Positions 1-9,356 of a stretch of 64,000 nucleotides of DNA are shown here, in pieces. This DNA is from a virus. The stretch covers positions 1 to 64,000 of IMG/VR virus record IMGVR_UViG_3300021959_000022. One strand, given 5' to 3'. The notes under the pieces were generated by a model. The model saw only the letters and a list, made by a program, of their open reading frames with translations, was not told the DNA's origin and ran no database searches. The translations under genes and the position numbers were made by a program. Numbering within the stretch: the stretch's first letter is position 1; the number at the start of each line of letters is the position of its first letter.

Positions 1-510
1 GAATACGATCCGGAAGTGGGTCGAGCCATAGGACAGGCCGCCTACAACATCAAAAACAGGGCCGCCCGACGACTGCAACAACCCTTGAAATTATCACAGA
101 TGCAGGACAAGGTAGCCAGAGCCGTGGACAGTTTGAACAAGTTCAAGGACGAGGCAGGCAATCAAAACAAAGACTTCAAATTGGTTTTCCAGGATTTCCT
201 CAACCAGGAAAAGAAAAAAGCCGGCGTCGACGGCAGGATGGGGTTCCGATACGACACCAAGAAATTGCAGAATCCGGACGGATCATACAACGCGGGCCAC
301 ATCAGGAAAGTGCTGACAGACTTCTACGGACAGTTCAGGGCATCCGCGGGTATCGGCCGGAAAGTGGCGGGGATCAACATAGACTCCAAGGACAAGTTCA
401 TGCCCATCGGCACCATCAAAAAAGGATCCGACGGTGAAGACTATGAGTGGCAGGGTGGGCAATGGTCGAGTGTAAAAACCGGCAAGATGGCCGGCGCCAA
501 ATTACCGTAG
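1..510 (+). CDS. hypothetical phage protein, probably 5'-truncated by the window edge
   Basis: Frame is open from base 1 (EYDPEVGRAIG...) to TAG at 508-510; no recognisable motif. Confidence 0.6.
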   Translation, partial: EYDPEVGRAIGQAAYNIKNRAARRLQQPLKLSQMQDKVARAVDSLNKFKDEAGNQNKDFKLVFQDFLNQEKKKAGVDGRMGFRYDTKKLQNPDGSYNAGHIRKVLTDFYGQFRASAGIGRKVAGINIDSKDKFMPIGTIKKGSDGEDYEWQGGQWSSVKTGKMAGAKLP

Positions 511-561
511 ATTATCATACAATTTAAATCATATCGATGTTAACATTAACTAATAATACGA

Positions 562-771
562 ATGGCAATAATTAAGTCAAAACATGCTGTCATAACCAAA
601 CAGGATCTTCACTCACAGTGTGTGATGGTGATCAAACGCATGTTGTTGGATCATTCTCCCAAAGAAGTTGCCGAAATGATGAGTGAATTTTTAGAATCAC
701 ACTGTTCGGATTCACGTCCTGATGTTGAACTGCAAGAGTTTATTACCAAGTTCCACAAGCAACATCGTTAA
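562..771 (+). CDS. small hypothetical protein
   Basis: 69-aa ORF with ATG start after an AT-rich tract. Confidence 0.55.
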   Translation: MAIIKSKHAVITKQDLHSQCVMVIKRMLLDHSPKEVAEMMSEFLESHCSDSRPDVELQEFITKFHKQHR

Positions 772-1175
772 CTGATTGACTTCGTCAATCGCTTGTCGCT
801 TACGCTCAAGCATTTTCTTTTACGAAGTAAAGTCGTCGTCATCACGTTGATGAGCAGTCATAATTCTGCTTCACAGCAGAACTATGTTTCCTTGATACAT
901 CACGTTTGTATCGCAGTCATCCAATCTCGCTACCGTAGTCGGGCGGTTGTGCTGTACCCGTTAGCTCATTCTATACAACGCGATCAGTCCACACCTTGAT
1001 TGAATAATTTATGGACTGACTGTGGGTGCTTCTGTTTCATTGCAGAGCCACATCTTTTTTGCCTTGTGCATCAAGGGATTCGCCGCCATTCTTCATGGAG
1101 TAGTTCCCTGTTACCAGCGATGCTATGTAGCCTTAAGTTGTGTTTGAAGTTTTTGCCTTGATTGCCTAGCACTCA
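772..1175 (-). ncRNA. candidate structured non-coding RNA (family not recognised)
   Basis: At least 8 stem-loops in ~400 nt. The 12-bp stem at 859-886 reads CAUAGUUCUGCU-GUGA-AGCAGAAUUAUG on the minus strand (GNRA loop, G-U wobble; an A-C mismatch on plus). Duplicated motif at 840-861 and 898-920. Confidence 0.55.
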
Positions 1176-1196
1176 TATATACACTTGTATTTCGAG

Positions 1197-2270
1197 ATGG
1201 ACCTTCAAAGTGAATTTAATGTTTGGTGCAAGTGGGATCCACTGCAATCTGTCATGGTTGGCAACTGTGTTAACCAGAATTTTTTCGAGCAGGTTGCCAA
1301 CAGTGAGATCAAGGATAAACTCACAACCATGTTGGTAGAGACGCAGGAAGACTTGGATAACTTGGCGGATGTTTTCAGACAGCACGGAGTCAGAGTGTAC
1401 AGACAGAACATAGACCATGATCTAAGGCTGGATCCAGACAAGCCGGCCACCAGACACCAAAACATTCAAATGCAACCCAGAGACGAATGGATGGTACTGG
1501 GCAGGCATTTTCTCGGAACCAACGATGGCATGGATGATGGCGACACATCTATTTTTTCCACCGTGCGACGACAAGAATACACCGCTTGGAAAGAGCTGTG
1601 CAGGATTCCGGAATTTTTGATAATACCATGTAGTTGGACCATGGTGGGGCGTGACCTGTTCATCGACCTGTGGGACGTGAGAAATGCCATATCGCACAAC
1701 TCTGGCACAACCTCGTTGCAATCGGTACAACGGCATGTGGATCAATGGGCGAGAAAATGGTTGCCGGAGGTCAAGGTGCATTGGATAGAAGTAGGCGGTC
1801 ACAATGATGCCTGTTTCCATACCTGTAAACCAGGAGTCATATTGTCCATCGTTGACGTGATTGACTATAACCAATCTTTTCCTGGTTGGAACGTCTTGGT
1901 AATACCTCCCGAGGAGAGTGCGGACAACATAGAAAAATTTTCCATGATAAAACACAAAACATCTGGCAAGTTCTGGATGCCCGGCGAGGAGGACAACACA
2001 GAACTCTTGGAATACATCAACACCTGGCTGGATGACTGGGTGGGATATGTGGCGGAAACTGTGTTTGATGTGAATGTGATGATGATAGACGAAAAAACTT
2101 GTGTGGTAAGCAATCACAACAAAATGGTGTTTGACTATTTCAAAAAACACAACATAGAACCCATAATTGCCCCTTTGCGGCACAGATATTTTTGGGATGG
2201 CGGCATACACTGTTGCACTCTCGATCTTTACAGACAGGGCGAATGCCAACAGTACATTAATTGGTCGTAA
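1197..2270 (+). CDS. amidinotransferase family protein (glycine/inosamine-phosphate amidinotransferase-like)
   Basis: N-terminal WDPLQSVMVG, PRD, GGHND (His) and C-terminal FWDGGIHCCTLDL (catalytic Cys). ATG 1197 preferred over TTG 1185. Confidence 0.85.
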   Translation: MDLQSEFNVWCKWDPLQSVMVGNCVNQNFFEQVANSEIKDKLTTMLVETQEDLDNLADVFRQHGVRVYRQNIDHDLRLDPDKPATRHQNIQMQPRDEWMVLGRHFLGTNDGMDDGDTSIFSTVRRQEYTAWKELCRIPEFLIIPCSWTMVGRDLFIDLWDVRNAISHNSGTTSLQSVQRHVDQWARKWLPEVKVHWIEVGGHNDACFHTCKPGVILSIVDVIDYNQSFPGWNVLVIPPEESADNIEKFSMIKHKTSGKFWMPGEEDNTELLEYINTWLDDWVGYVAETVFDVNVMMIDEKTCVVSNHNKMVFDYFKKHNIEPIIAPLRHRYFWDGGIHCCTLDLYRQGECQQYINWS

Positions 2271-2301
2271 TTTTTAACAAAATCTCGTATAATAAATTTA
2301 A

Positions 2302-3051
2302 ATGAAGATATGGTACGAACATCCGTTTGGTGTAGTAAGCACAGCAGACATGCAGATAGTCAAAGTGCTGGCAGAAGTCAAACCTGAAGAACAAGAACAA
2401 GCACTCACACAAGGATTTATAGAAAAACCTTATGGTGTGTGGCAACAAGTACGGTCCACAAGGATCGACATCAAAAAATACATCGAGTCCGCCAAGCGTT
2501 TTTCTCAACGCAAAGATGTCACGGTGTCGAAGTGGGACGGTGTGTTTGCACAAACCAATCGTAATTTATTAATTCACATCTACGATGAATACATCAACAA
2601 AAAAGGATACCAAGACCATTTTATATTCAATGACTATGAATTCACCAACAAAGATGTGTTCTACATCTATTCACACGATGACAATGTGCATGCTTGGTCC
2701 GTGTGGACCAAGTACGGCCAATCTGTAGAAAATTGGCAATTTGCATGGGACTATGTCAGACCTGAATTACAACTTGGTTCGTTTTCGATCGATCATGAAA
2801 TACGTCAAGCACACGAAAAAAACTACAACTACTTTTATCTATCTGAAGGCTATGACAACTCGTCTGCCTGGAAAGCAGACATGCCTGGATTCGAATGGTG
2901 GAATGGTTCTGAATGGAGTCAGGAAGCAGATCGTTTTGCTTTCTTGTGTGATGCCGAAGATGGCGCCACAGATCTAAAAGACATCCTTGATGTTTACGAA
3001 AATCCCTGCACCAGAGAAAAGTTTTGGAGCAAGAAAAACATCAGTCGTTAA
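2302..3051 (+). CDS. arginyl-tRNA-protein transferase (ATE/Bpt)-like GNAT protein
   Basis: WQQVRSTRID and C-terminal LGSFSIDHEIRQAHEKNYNYFYLSEGY..SSAWK resemble the ATE C-terminal signature (SLG.YS.L.EI..A......YYLG.....YK). Confidence 0.6.
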   Translation: MKIWYEHPFGVVSTADMQIVKVLAEVKPEEQEQALTQGFIEKPYGVWQQVRSTRIDIKKYIESAKRFSQRKDVTVSKWDGVFAQTNRNLLIHIYDEYINKKGYQDHFIFNDYEFTNKDVFYIYSHDDNVHAWSVWTKYGQSVENWQFAWDYVRPELQLGSFSIDHEIRQAHEKNYNYFYLSEGYDNSSAWKADMPGFEWWNGSEWSQEADRFAFLCDAEDGATDLKDILDVYENPCTREKFWSKKNISR

Positions 3052-3544
3052 AACGCCACCGCACTACATCGTCGAGATTTTCTTCACTCCATTGGTCATA
3101 GTATTTTGTTGCTCGTAGATTTTTGCTGAATTGATTTAATCTTTTGAGTCTTTGGATAATCACCAACACAAGTTCGCCATGATTCATTTTCACACCATTG
3201 ATCAATTCTTCGTCATCGGGGTGATCTTCCATAGCCACAACATCGTGTGATTTGAAATGTTTGTTTAATTTGCGGATCTGTTCTGATAATAAACCTGGTG
3301 AAATTTCCCTGCGTGTGGATGCAAGAATAATGGCTTCCCATTCATCCGTCCAGTCTCGCATTTGTGCTTTGCATTCATCCCAGATTGCAGAATTGCACTC
3401 AACGATTTTGACTTTGTTTTGCAGTCTGAATTGACGAGCATATGGACAAGGAGGCATGTTGCCGAACGATGGATGCGGCACTTCCACAAATGTTTCCATC
3501 CATTTGTTTATCGATTCAACAATGTGGTCAGAGGCCTGGTGCAT
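3041..3544 (-). CDS. DUF1415-like hypothetical protein
   Basis: W..FVE....PPCPYAR and DHPD motifs resemble DUF1415 (CPFA, HPD); paralogous to 61408-61881. Confidence 0.55.
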   Translation of the reverse strand: MHQASDHIVESINKWMETFVEVPHPSFGNMPPCPYARQFRLQNKVKIVECNSAIWDECKAQMRDWTDEWEAIILASTRREISPGLLSEQIRKLNKHFKSHDVVAMEDHPDDEELINGVKMNHGELVLVIIQRLKRLNQFSKNLRATKYYDQWSEENLDDVVRWRFND

Positions 3545-3560
3545 GTATTATATACTTAAT

Positions 3561-3965
3561 ATGACTTGGATGTATCAAGGAAAACCTGTTGAACAAATAC
3601 CCGAAGGGTACGTGGGGTTCGTGTATGAAATCACCAACACACAGTCGGGCAGGAAATACATCGGCAAAAAACTTGTGGAATTCAAAAAGTCCCGTCCACC
3701 GCTCAAAGGCAGGAAAAACAGACGCAGATACAAAGTTGAGTCGGATTGGCGAGAATACTATGGTTCATCTGATGCACTCACTGAGGATGTTGAACAGTTG
3801 GGTCGTGACAATTTCACCCGTGAGATATTATTTTACTGTAAAAATAAAGCAGAACTATCTTACATAGAAGCCAGAGAACAGTTCGCTCGAAAAGTGCTGG
3901 AATCAGATGCCTACTACAATGGACACATCCGTGTCAGAGTGCATGGCAACATGTTCAAAAAATAG
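3561..3965 (+). CDS. GIY-YIG nuclease-domain protein
   Basis: GFVYEITN..SGRKYIGKK, YYGSS, F.REIL, E..EQ and YYN motifs. ATG 3561 preferred because the upstream extension overlaps the divergent gene. Confidence 0.8.
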   Translation: MTWMYQGKPVEQIPEGYVGFVYEITNTQSGRKYIGKKLVEFKKSRPPLKGRKNRRRYKVESDWREYYGSSDALTEDVEQLGRDNFTREILFYCKNKAELSYIEAREQFARKVLESDAYYNGHIRVRVHGNMFKK

Positions 3966-3991
3966 TATATAAACACTATAAGGACATCATC

Positions 3992-5428
3992 ATGATAGAG
4001 ACACTATTTCCATTATTTGCTCCCTCCACCGGCATCGGCATTCTGGCTGTGTATGGTGCATTTGCCCTATCAATGACCTATTGGTACTCGAGGGGTTACA
4101 ACGATTCAAAAACCAGTTTCCTTGTTGCGAGACGAGAACTGGGCACATTCCAAGGTTCACTCAGTGTGGCAGCCGCTTGGCTGTGGGCACCTGGACTTTT
4201 TATTAGCACACAACAGGCCTACGTGAATGGCTTGGTGGGACTGTTTTGGTTCTGCCTGGGCAACTTCCTCACCCTGGGAGCATTTGCCTATTTTGCAAAA
4301 AAGATAAGATCAAATGAACCAGAAGGATTCACATTTTCTGGATATCTGCGTAAGAGATTTTCCGGCCGTGTGCAGTCACTATTTGTGGCAGAAATGATGC
4401 TACTGGCCACCTGTGCTTTTGCCATCAATCTGTTGGCAGGTTCGAAAACTGTGGAAGTTTTGACAGGCATCGATTACACACTGGCCACTTTCCTAATGGC
4501 AGGTGTGGCCATCCTTTATTCATTCAGAACAGGCCTCAAAGCCACAGTGATCACAGAAGTCATCAAAATTGTTGTGGTATGGACCGGTGTCATCATATTG
4601 GTGCCGTGGGTGATATCATCAGCAGGCGGTTGGGACACAGTCATCGCAGGCTTGGGAGGCAAGTCCGGTCAAGGTGCTCAAATATTTGGCACACCATTTG
4701 CTTGGGGAGTGTTCACAGGATTTGGTGCGGCAGCTTTCTTGGGTCATATGGGAGGACCATGGGGAGACAATTCGTTCTATCAGCGAGCATTTGCCATCAA
4801 GAAAGATTCTATCATTCCTTCTTATGTGTTGGCATCGTTTGTGTTCATTGTGGTGCCCATCATGATGGGACTGCTCGGATTTGTGGCCGCGGGTGCTGGA
4901 TTAGAAATTCCGGGTGCGATGGTTGGCACAACCAATGCCATCACAATTGCCACATTCCTGCCACCCGCAGCTGCCATTGTATTTGTGTTCATGGTGTTTG
5001 CTGGATTGGTGGCAATCCTTGATTCACAGTTTGCTTCTGTGGCCAACATGACTGGTCATGACATATTCAATCAATTCAAGGGCGGTTCAGAAATTGCATG
5101 GGCTCGTTGGGGTATGATCGCATTGGCAATAGCAGGATTGATTGTTGCAAATATTCCAGGCATGCAGTTGGTATATCTGTTCCTTTTCTTTGCTGTGTTG
5201 AGAGCGGCTGTTTGGTTGCCATCGATGATAGCACTGTTAAAACCAACATGGATCACAGAACAGGGCATGTTCTGGGGAATTGCCATCTGTGCCACAGTTG
5301 GAGAAATCATGTTTGTAATGGGTAAATTAGGATACTCAGACACAGCATTCCAAGGAACTCTGGTTGCAATATTCGGTTCACCTGTGTTAACATTGTTGAT
5401 AAGCAATGTCGGAAAACAAAAAACCTAA
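3992..5428 (+). CDS. sodium:solute symporter (SSS) family transporter
   Basis: 478 aa with about 13 hydrophobic segments; FLVARRELG, S.AAAW.WA, YLRKRFS, YS..GLKA.VIT, YQRAFA and AILDS motifs typical of SSS/DUR3-like transporters. Confidence 0.85.
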   Translation: MIETLFPLFAPSTGIGILAVYGAFALSMTYWYSRGYNDSKTSFLVARRELGTFQGSLSVAAAWLWAPGLFISTQQAYVNGLVGLFWFCLGNFLTLGAFAYFAKKIRSNEPEGFTFSGYLRKRFSGRVQSLFVAEMMLLATCAFAINLLAGSKTVEVLTGIDYTLATFLMAGVAILYSFRTGLKATVITEVIKIVVVWTGVIILVPWVISSAGGWDTVIAGLGGKSGQGAQIFGTPFAWGVFTGFGAAAFLGHMGGPWGDNSFYQRAFAIKKDSIIPSYVLASFVFIVVPIMMGLLGFVAAGAGLEIPGAMVGTTNAITIATFLPPAAAIVFVFMVFAGLVAILDSQFASVANMTGHDIFNQFKGGSEIAWARWGMIALAIAGLIVANIPGMQLVYLFLFFAVLRAAVWLPSMIALLKPTWITEQGMFWGIAICATVGEIMFVMGKLGYSDTAFQGTLVAIFGSPVLTLLISNVGKQKT

Positions 5429-6038
5429 ATTATTAATTGTTACAGGTCCCCAAGGATCTGGAAATCATCTATTTGCCAAAATCTTTAACATGCATCCAAG
5501 TGTTAAAGGTTGGCAGATGGAGTGGAAGGAATGGCAAGGACATCATCAAGAACCCTTCCAGGAATATTGGCAGGATCCGTCAAAACTAAAAGACTTTGTG
5601 GTAGCCCCGTTCGAAAACTTCGTGACCTCCATATCATGTCCTTACTACAAAGATAAAAAACCTCAAACTCCCAAGTACGGTGAATTTATCAGTGAAGCAA
5701 AAAAGTATTTTGAAGTCAAAGTTTTAATAATCGCTAGAGACAGGAACATCTTGAAGTTGCAACAACAACGATTAAGGGGAGAACACACCACTCCCAAGTT
5801 TATGGATCAGATGGAAAACTTTGATGATGTACATTTTGTTTCACACGAAGCATTGTACTTGTATCAAGGAAAATACTTAGAAAGTCTTGCAAAACAATTA
5901 GATTTTCCTATTGCACACAATCACACCACACTGTTGGATGACTTTTTGAAAAAAGATGCTAACATAAAGTATGTCAAACCAATCGAAAAGGGAGATTTCG
6001 ACGACCAAGCAACACAGTCATCGTTGATAGATTCATGA
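5406..6038 (+). CDS. P-loop / sulfotransferase-like protein
   Basis: LLIVTGPQGSGNHLFAKIFNMHP resembles the sulfotransferase 5'-PSB loop; VLIIARD resembles the 3'-PB motif. Confidence 0.5.
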   Translation: MSENKKPKLLIVTGPQGSGNHLFAKIFNMHPSVKGWQMEWKEWQGHHQEPFQEYWQDPSKLKDFVVAPFENFVTSISCPYYKDKKPQTPKYGEFISEAKKYFEVKVLIIARDRNILKLQQQRLRGEHTTPKFMDQMENFDDVHFVSHEALYLYQGKYLESLAKQLDFPIAHNHTTLLDDFLKKDANIKYVKPIEKGDFDDQATQSSLIDS

Positions 6039-6547
6039 AGAAATTTGAAAAGGTTTGGACAGATGGTTGGTATCCAGATTACACCAAATTCTTATATTCT
6101 GGATGGGCAATTCTTGACAAAATTCAACCCCATGATAGAATATTAGATATTGGGTGTGGATATAATCTTTTTAAAAAACATTTTGGTGATAGGTTGTATG
6201 GCATAGATCCTTATAATCCCGCGGCAGACGAGTTAGTTAGTTGGGAAGATTATCAACCTACACAAAAATTTAATGTGTATTTTGCACTCGGAAGTCTGCA
6301 CTTTGGTGACGATGAATTGGTAGAATCCCAAATTAAAAAGTTATCCCATTTGACCAATCCGGGAGATGTTATTTTTTGGAGGCAAAACCCTGGCACACAG
6401 CCTTGCTTTGTACACGAAACCGAAATGGGATTCAACGGCTGGACTTTTGAAAAAAATTATTTGTGGTCCGAAAAGTATGATTTTACAATCAGAGAATTAC
6501 AACAAGACACCGGCGATAGAATTTACGCTGAGTGGGTAAAAAATTAA
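6035..6547 (+). CDS. class I SAM-dependent methyltransferase
   Basis: ILDIGCG motif I followed by YGIDP; ATGA overlap with the upstream gene. Confidence 0.75.
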   Translation: MKKFEKVWTDGWYPDYTKFLYSGWAILDKIQPHDRILDIGCGYNLFKKHFGDRLYGIDPYNPAADELVSWEDYQPTQKFNVYFALGSLHFGDDELVESQIKKLSHLTNPGDVIFWRQNPGTQPCFVHETEMGFNGWTFEKNYLWSEKYDFTIRELQQDTGDRIYAEWVKN

Positions 6548-8311
6548 TCACTCTACAACATCTGTGAACGCATAAGAAGTAAACCCATTTTCCTTGGTCA
6601 CTTTCAACACATTATTCACACGACCTTGCAGTTCGTCTCTGTGTGATATTAGGTAGATGTTCTTGTGGCGCTCACGGGCAATCTGTTTTAGAATACCAAT
6701 GGCATTTTCCACACCTGCTGTGTCCATGCCCGAATCAACCAATTCATCGATGAACATGGTGTTGATGTTGTGATACAGCATTTCCCACACATCTCTGAAT
6801 GCCCAACATAAGCTTAAAATTAATCGGTTTCTTTCACCTCTGCTCAAATTATCAAAGTCGAGATCTCTGCCCAACTCTGTAATTTCCACAGTGAGATCAG
6901 ACAAGAATTTTACTTCATGCGGCAGTCCGGTTTTGTCCAAATAGTAGGCCAATCTCATATTCAAATAAGTCAAGTTTTGGTCGATCACTCTCTTTCGCAC
7001 AAACGAGTCTTTAGAAGTCAACAGTTTGTATAAAAACTCTTGATGATCCTGCAGTTTGCGTAGGTTGTTCATTTTGACATATGACAGTTCCTGCACAGCA
7101 GAAGTTTTCAGTTCGTCAATTTGTTCTTGGTATGGGTCAGTTTCTACTGTCTTTTTTTCCAACTGTTCGCCCAAGTATTCTACCGTGTTTTCATGCTTGT
7201 AAGCCTGCTGTGCGGTGTCGTAATAGGTTTCCGGCTGTTCTAAGTCACCTATGGATTTTATCTTTGCTGTGAGGCTGGATTCCTGCGAAACCAAGTCTTC
7301 TATGTACTTTTCGAATTCTTGACGATCTGTCTCTAATTTGCTGACCATGGCATGATGCTTGTCATCTTCCATGGCACCGCCGCATGTGGGACAGGTTTTG
7401 TTTTGAGTTTTTTCGATTGAATCCAGTATTTCTGTTAACTGTTTGGTTGACTGTTTGACAGCAGTTTGCACGGTGGCAAGTTCACGCTCCCAAGTGCGTT
7501 TCTTTTCATAATTTTCATTGTATGCGTCTAATTTTTTATGTCGTTCGATTTCATCCTTGATGTCAACTTTCATCAGTTCTTCCAATGATAGGGTGAGTTT
7601 CTCTATGTCTTCCTTCTGCTGTGCTTTCCAGCCACGCTGACGTGTTTCCAGTGCGTCGATCGATGATTGTATTTTTTCATTGTTGCGTTGAATTTCATCC
7701 AATCTAATTTCTTCTTCTTTGATGACTTCTTTGGTTTCTTTGATTTCTTCTTTGAGCACTTCTGCTTTTTCTGACAACACAGTAATACCCAACAGCTGTT
7801 CTATGATGTCTTTTTGTTCGTTAGCCTTCAACCCAAAAAATGGCGGAGCGTATGTGTGCAGTGCCACAATGTTTTGAAACATAATATGTGACATGCCCAA
7901 TATCTTTGTGATGTCTTTTTGTGTTTCGCGAGAATCACCTTGTGCTTCGTCTGATGCTTCTTCTTCACCATCCACATAAAATTTTATGATGGCAGGTTTT
8001 CTGCCACGCTCTATCTTGTATTTTTTGCCATCTATCTCAAACTCACAGGAAACCACCATACCACGTTCATTGGTTTTGTTGACAAGATTATCTCTTTTTA
8101 TATTAGTGAGTGCATCACCGAACAGTGCGAACGACAGTGCATTTAGAATAGTAGTTTTTCCTGTGCCGTTCCTTGATCCCGCATCATCACCACCCAAGTC
8201 GATGTTTTGTCCCAACACCAGTGTCAAATCCTGTCCCTCGAAGTTGATGGCCTGTGTGACATTGCCCACCGACATAAAGTTTTTTACTGTGAGTGTTTTA
8301 AATTTGATCAT
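6548..8311 (-). CDS. gp46: recombination endonuclease ATPase subunit (T4 gp46 / SbcC / Rad50-like)
   Basis: KNFMSVGN, Walker A NGTGKTT, coiled coil with CPTCG zinc hook, LSRGE signature, MFIDE Walker B, ISH H-loop. Confidence 0.95.
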   Translation of the reverse strand: MIKFKTLTVKNFMSVGNVTQAINFEGQDLTLVLGQNIDLGGDDAGSRNGTGKTTILNALSFALFGDALTNIKRDNLVNKTNERGMVVSCEFEIDGKKYKIERGRKPAIIKFYVDGEEEASDEAQGDSRETQKDITKILGMSHIMFQNIVALHTYAPPFFGLKANEQKDIIEQLLGITVLSEKAEVLKEEIKETKEVIKEEEIRLDEIQRNNEKIQSSIDALETRQRGWKAQQKEDIEKLTLSLEELMKVDIKDEIERHKKLDAYNENYEKKRTWERELATVQTAVKQSTKQLTEILDSIEKTQNKTCPTCGGAMEDDKHHAMVSKLETDRQEFEKYIEDLVSQESSLTAKIKSIGDLEQPETYYDTAQQAYKHENTVEYLGEQLEKKTVETDPYQEQIDELKTSAVQELSYVKMNNLRKLQDHQEFLYKLLTSKDSFVRKRVIDQNLTYLNMRLAYYLDKTGLPHEVKFLSDLTVEITELGRDLDFDNLSRGERNRLILSLCWAFRDVWEMLYHNINTMFIDELVDSGMDTAGVENAIGILKQIARERHKNIYLISHRDELQGRVNNVLKVTKENGFTSYAFTDVVE

Positions 8312-9317
8312 AGATTCTTATAAATTTCCAATAACAAGTTGCGATCATAGTGTTCCGAATCCACTGCCATCAGTTGTGAATGCACGATTTCATCTATGGA
8401 TTCGAATGATTGTGTCAAATCTGTGGAGTCGTATTGTGTGATGTCTCTCTGCTGGATGAACGTCATCTCACGCAGTTTGTATTGACTGCTGAATGTGTCT
8501 TTGATGAAGTTGGATTCTTCGTAGGTTATTTCTGTGTCTATGTCCACACGCACATATGCTCGTTTTTTTAAAACAGATGCGTTGTGCAGTATTTCACTTA
8601 ATTTTAAAGTTTGGTAAACAGGCATGTCCGGCCAGTCGTGATATCGAGGATCGCCTCCATGTTCCAATTCCATGTAACCACGCCTGAAATCGTTGGCGTC
8701 TGAATAGTTGTGCGGAAAAGCATTGCCTATGTAATGGATGTTGCCCTTCATCTGTCGCTTGTGGAAGTGACCCGAGAAAACATAGCCATGATGATTCAAG
8801 TCATCTGCAGTGAGCTCGTTTGTGTCGGGCATGGAGACCATTGCGTTCATAAGGAAGTGTGGCAACTCAAAGTGTCCGAAAACGTACGGTTTGGCGGGCA
8901 TGTCCTTGAGTTGCTTCCATTCCTCTGACACCAGCCACGGGATAAACGCACAATCCTCTGTGTGGAATGGTTCCAGAATTAGTTTCAAATTTTTGATGTG
9001 TTTGGCGAATTCGATCGAATTCACTGAACGTGAATCCTTGTAGTACAAATCATGATTGCCCACAATGAAATAATTTTTTTCGAAGGAACTCGCGATCTTT
9101 TCTAAATTTTTTAATGAGTGTTGCAGTGTGGTGATGTTGATGGTCGCCCTCTGATGATGCCAGTCGCCCAAAAAGATACAGGTTTCGCAACCTTGTTGCT
9201 GTGCGTGTGGATGAACCAATCCACATATCTGTCGCAGTCTTCATTGAACTGTCTGGAGTTTCCTTTGTTGCCAAAGTGTATGTCTCCAAACACCGCCGCA
9301 CGTTTAAATGTTTGCAT
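8308..9317 (-). CDS. gp47: recombination endonuclease nuclease subunit (T4 gp47 / SbcD / Mre11-like), with a 1-nt frameshift near 9205
   Basis: Motif I GDIHFG lies in ORF 9111-9317; FLGDWHH, VGNHD, GHFE and FSGHFH lie in ORF 8308-9219. The frames join as WFIHT/AQQQGCET at ~9204-9206. Confidence 0.9.
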
Positions 9318-9325
9318 TATGAATA

Positions 9326-9354
9326 AGTTTACTACAAAAAAATTTGTTTGTCTA
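9326..9354 (-). promoter_or_regulatory. sigma70-like promoter for gp47-gp46
   Basis: Minus strand TAGACA-17 nt-TAAACT, ending 8 nt before the ATG at 9317. Confidence 0.5.
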
Positions 9355-9356
9355 TC

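Noticed and set aside
840-920. Duplicated motif as a CRISPR or TIGR-type (box C/D-like) guide array
   Set aside because: Only two units, no regular spacer series, and no Cas or Nop-domain gene recognised in the window.
793-999. 68-aa plus-strand ORF within the hairpin-rich block
   Set aside because: TTG start, no motifs, and it lies across dense inverted repeats better explained as RNA/DNA structure.
3561-3965. Mobile homing endonuclease or intron
   Set aside because: Only a compact catalytic domain with no evident NUMOD/HTH DNA-binding tail, and no interrupted host gene.
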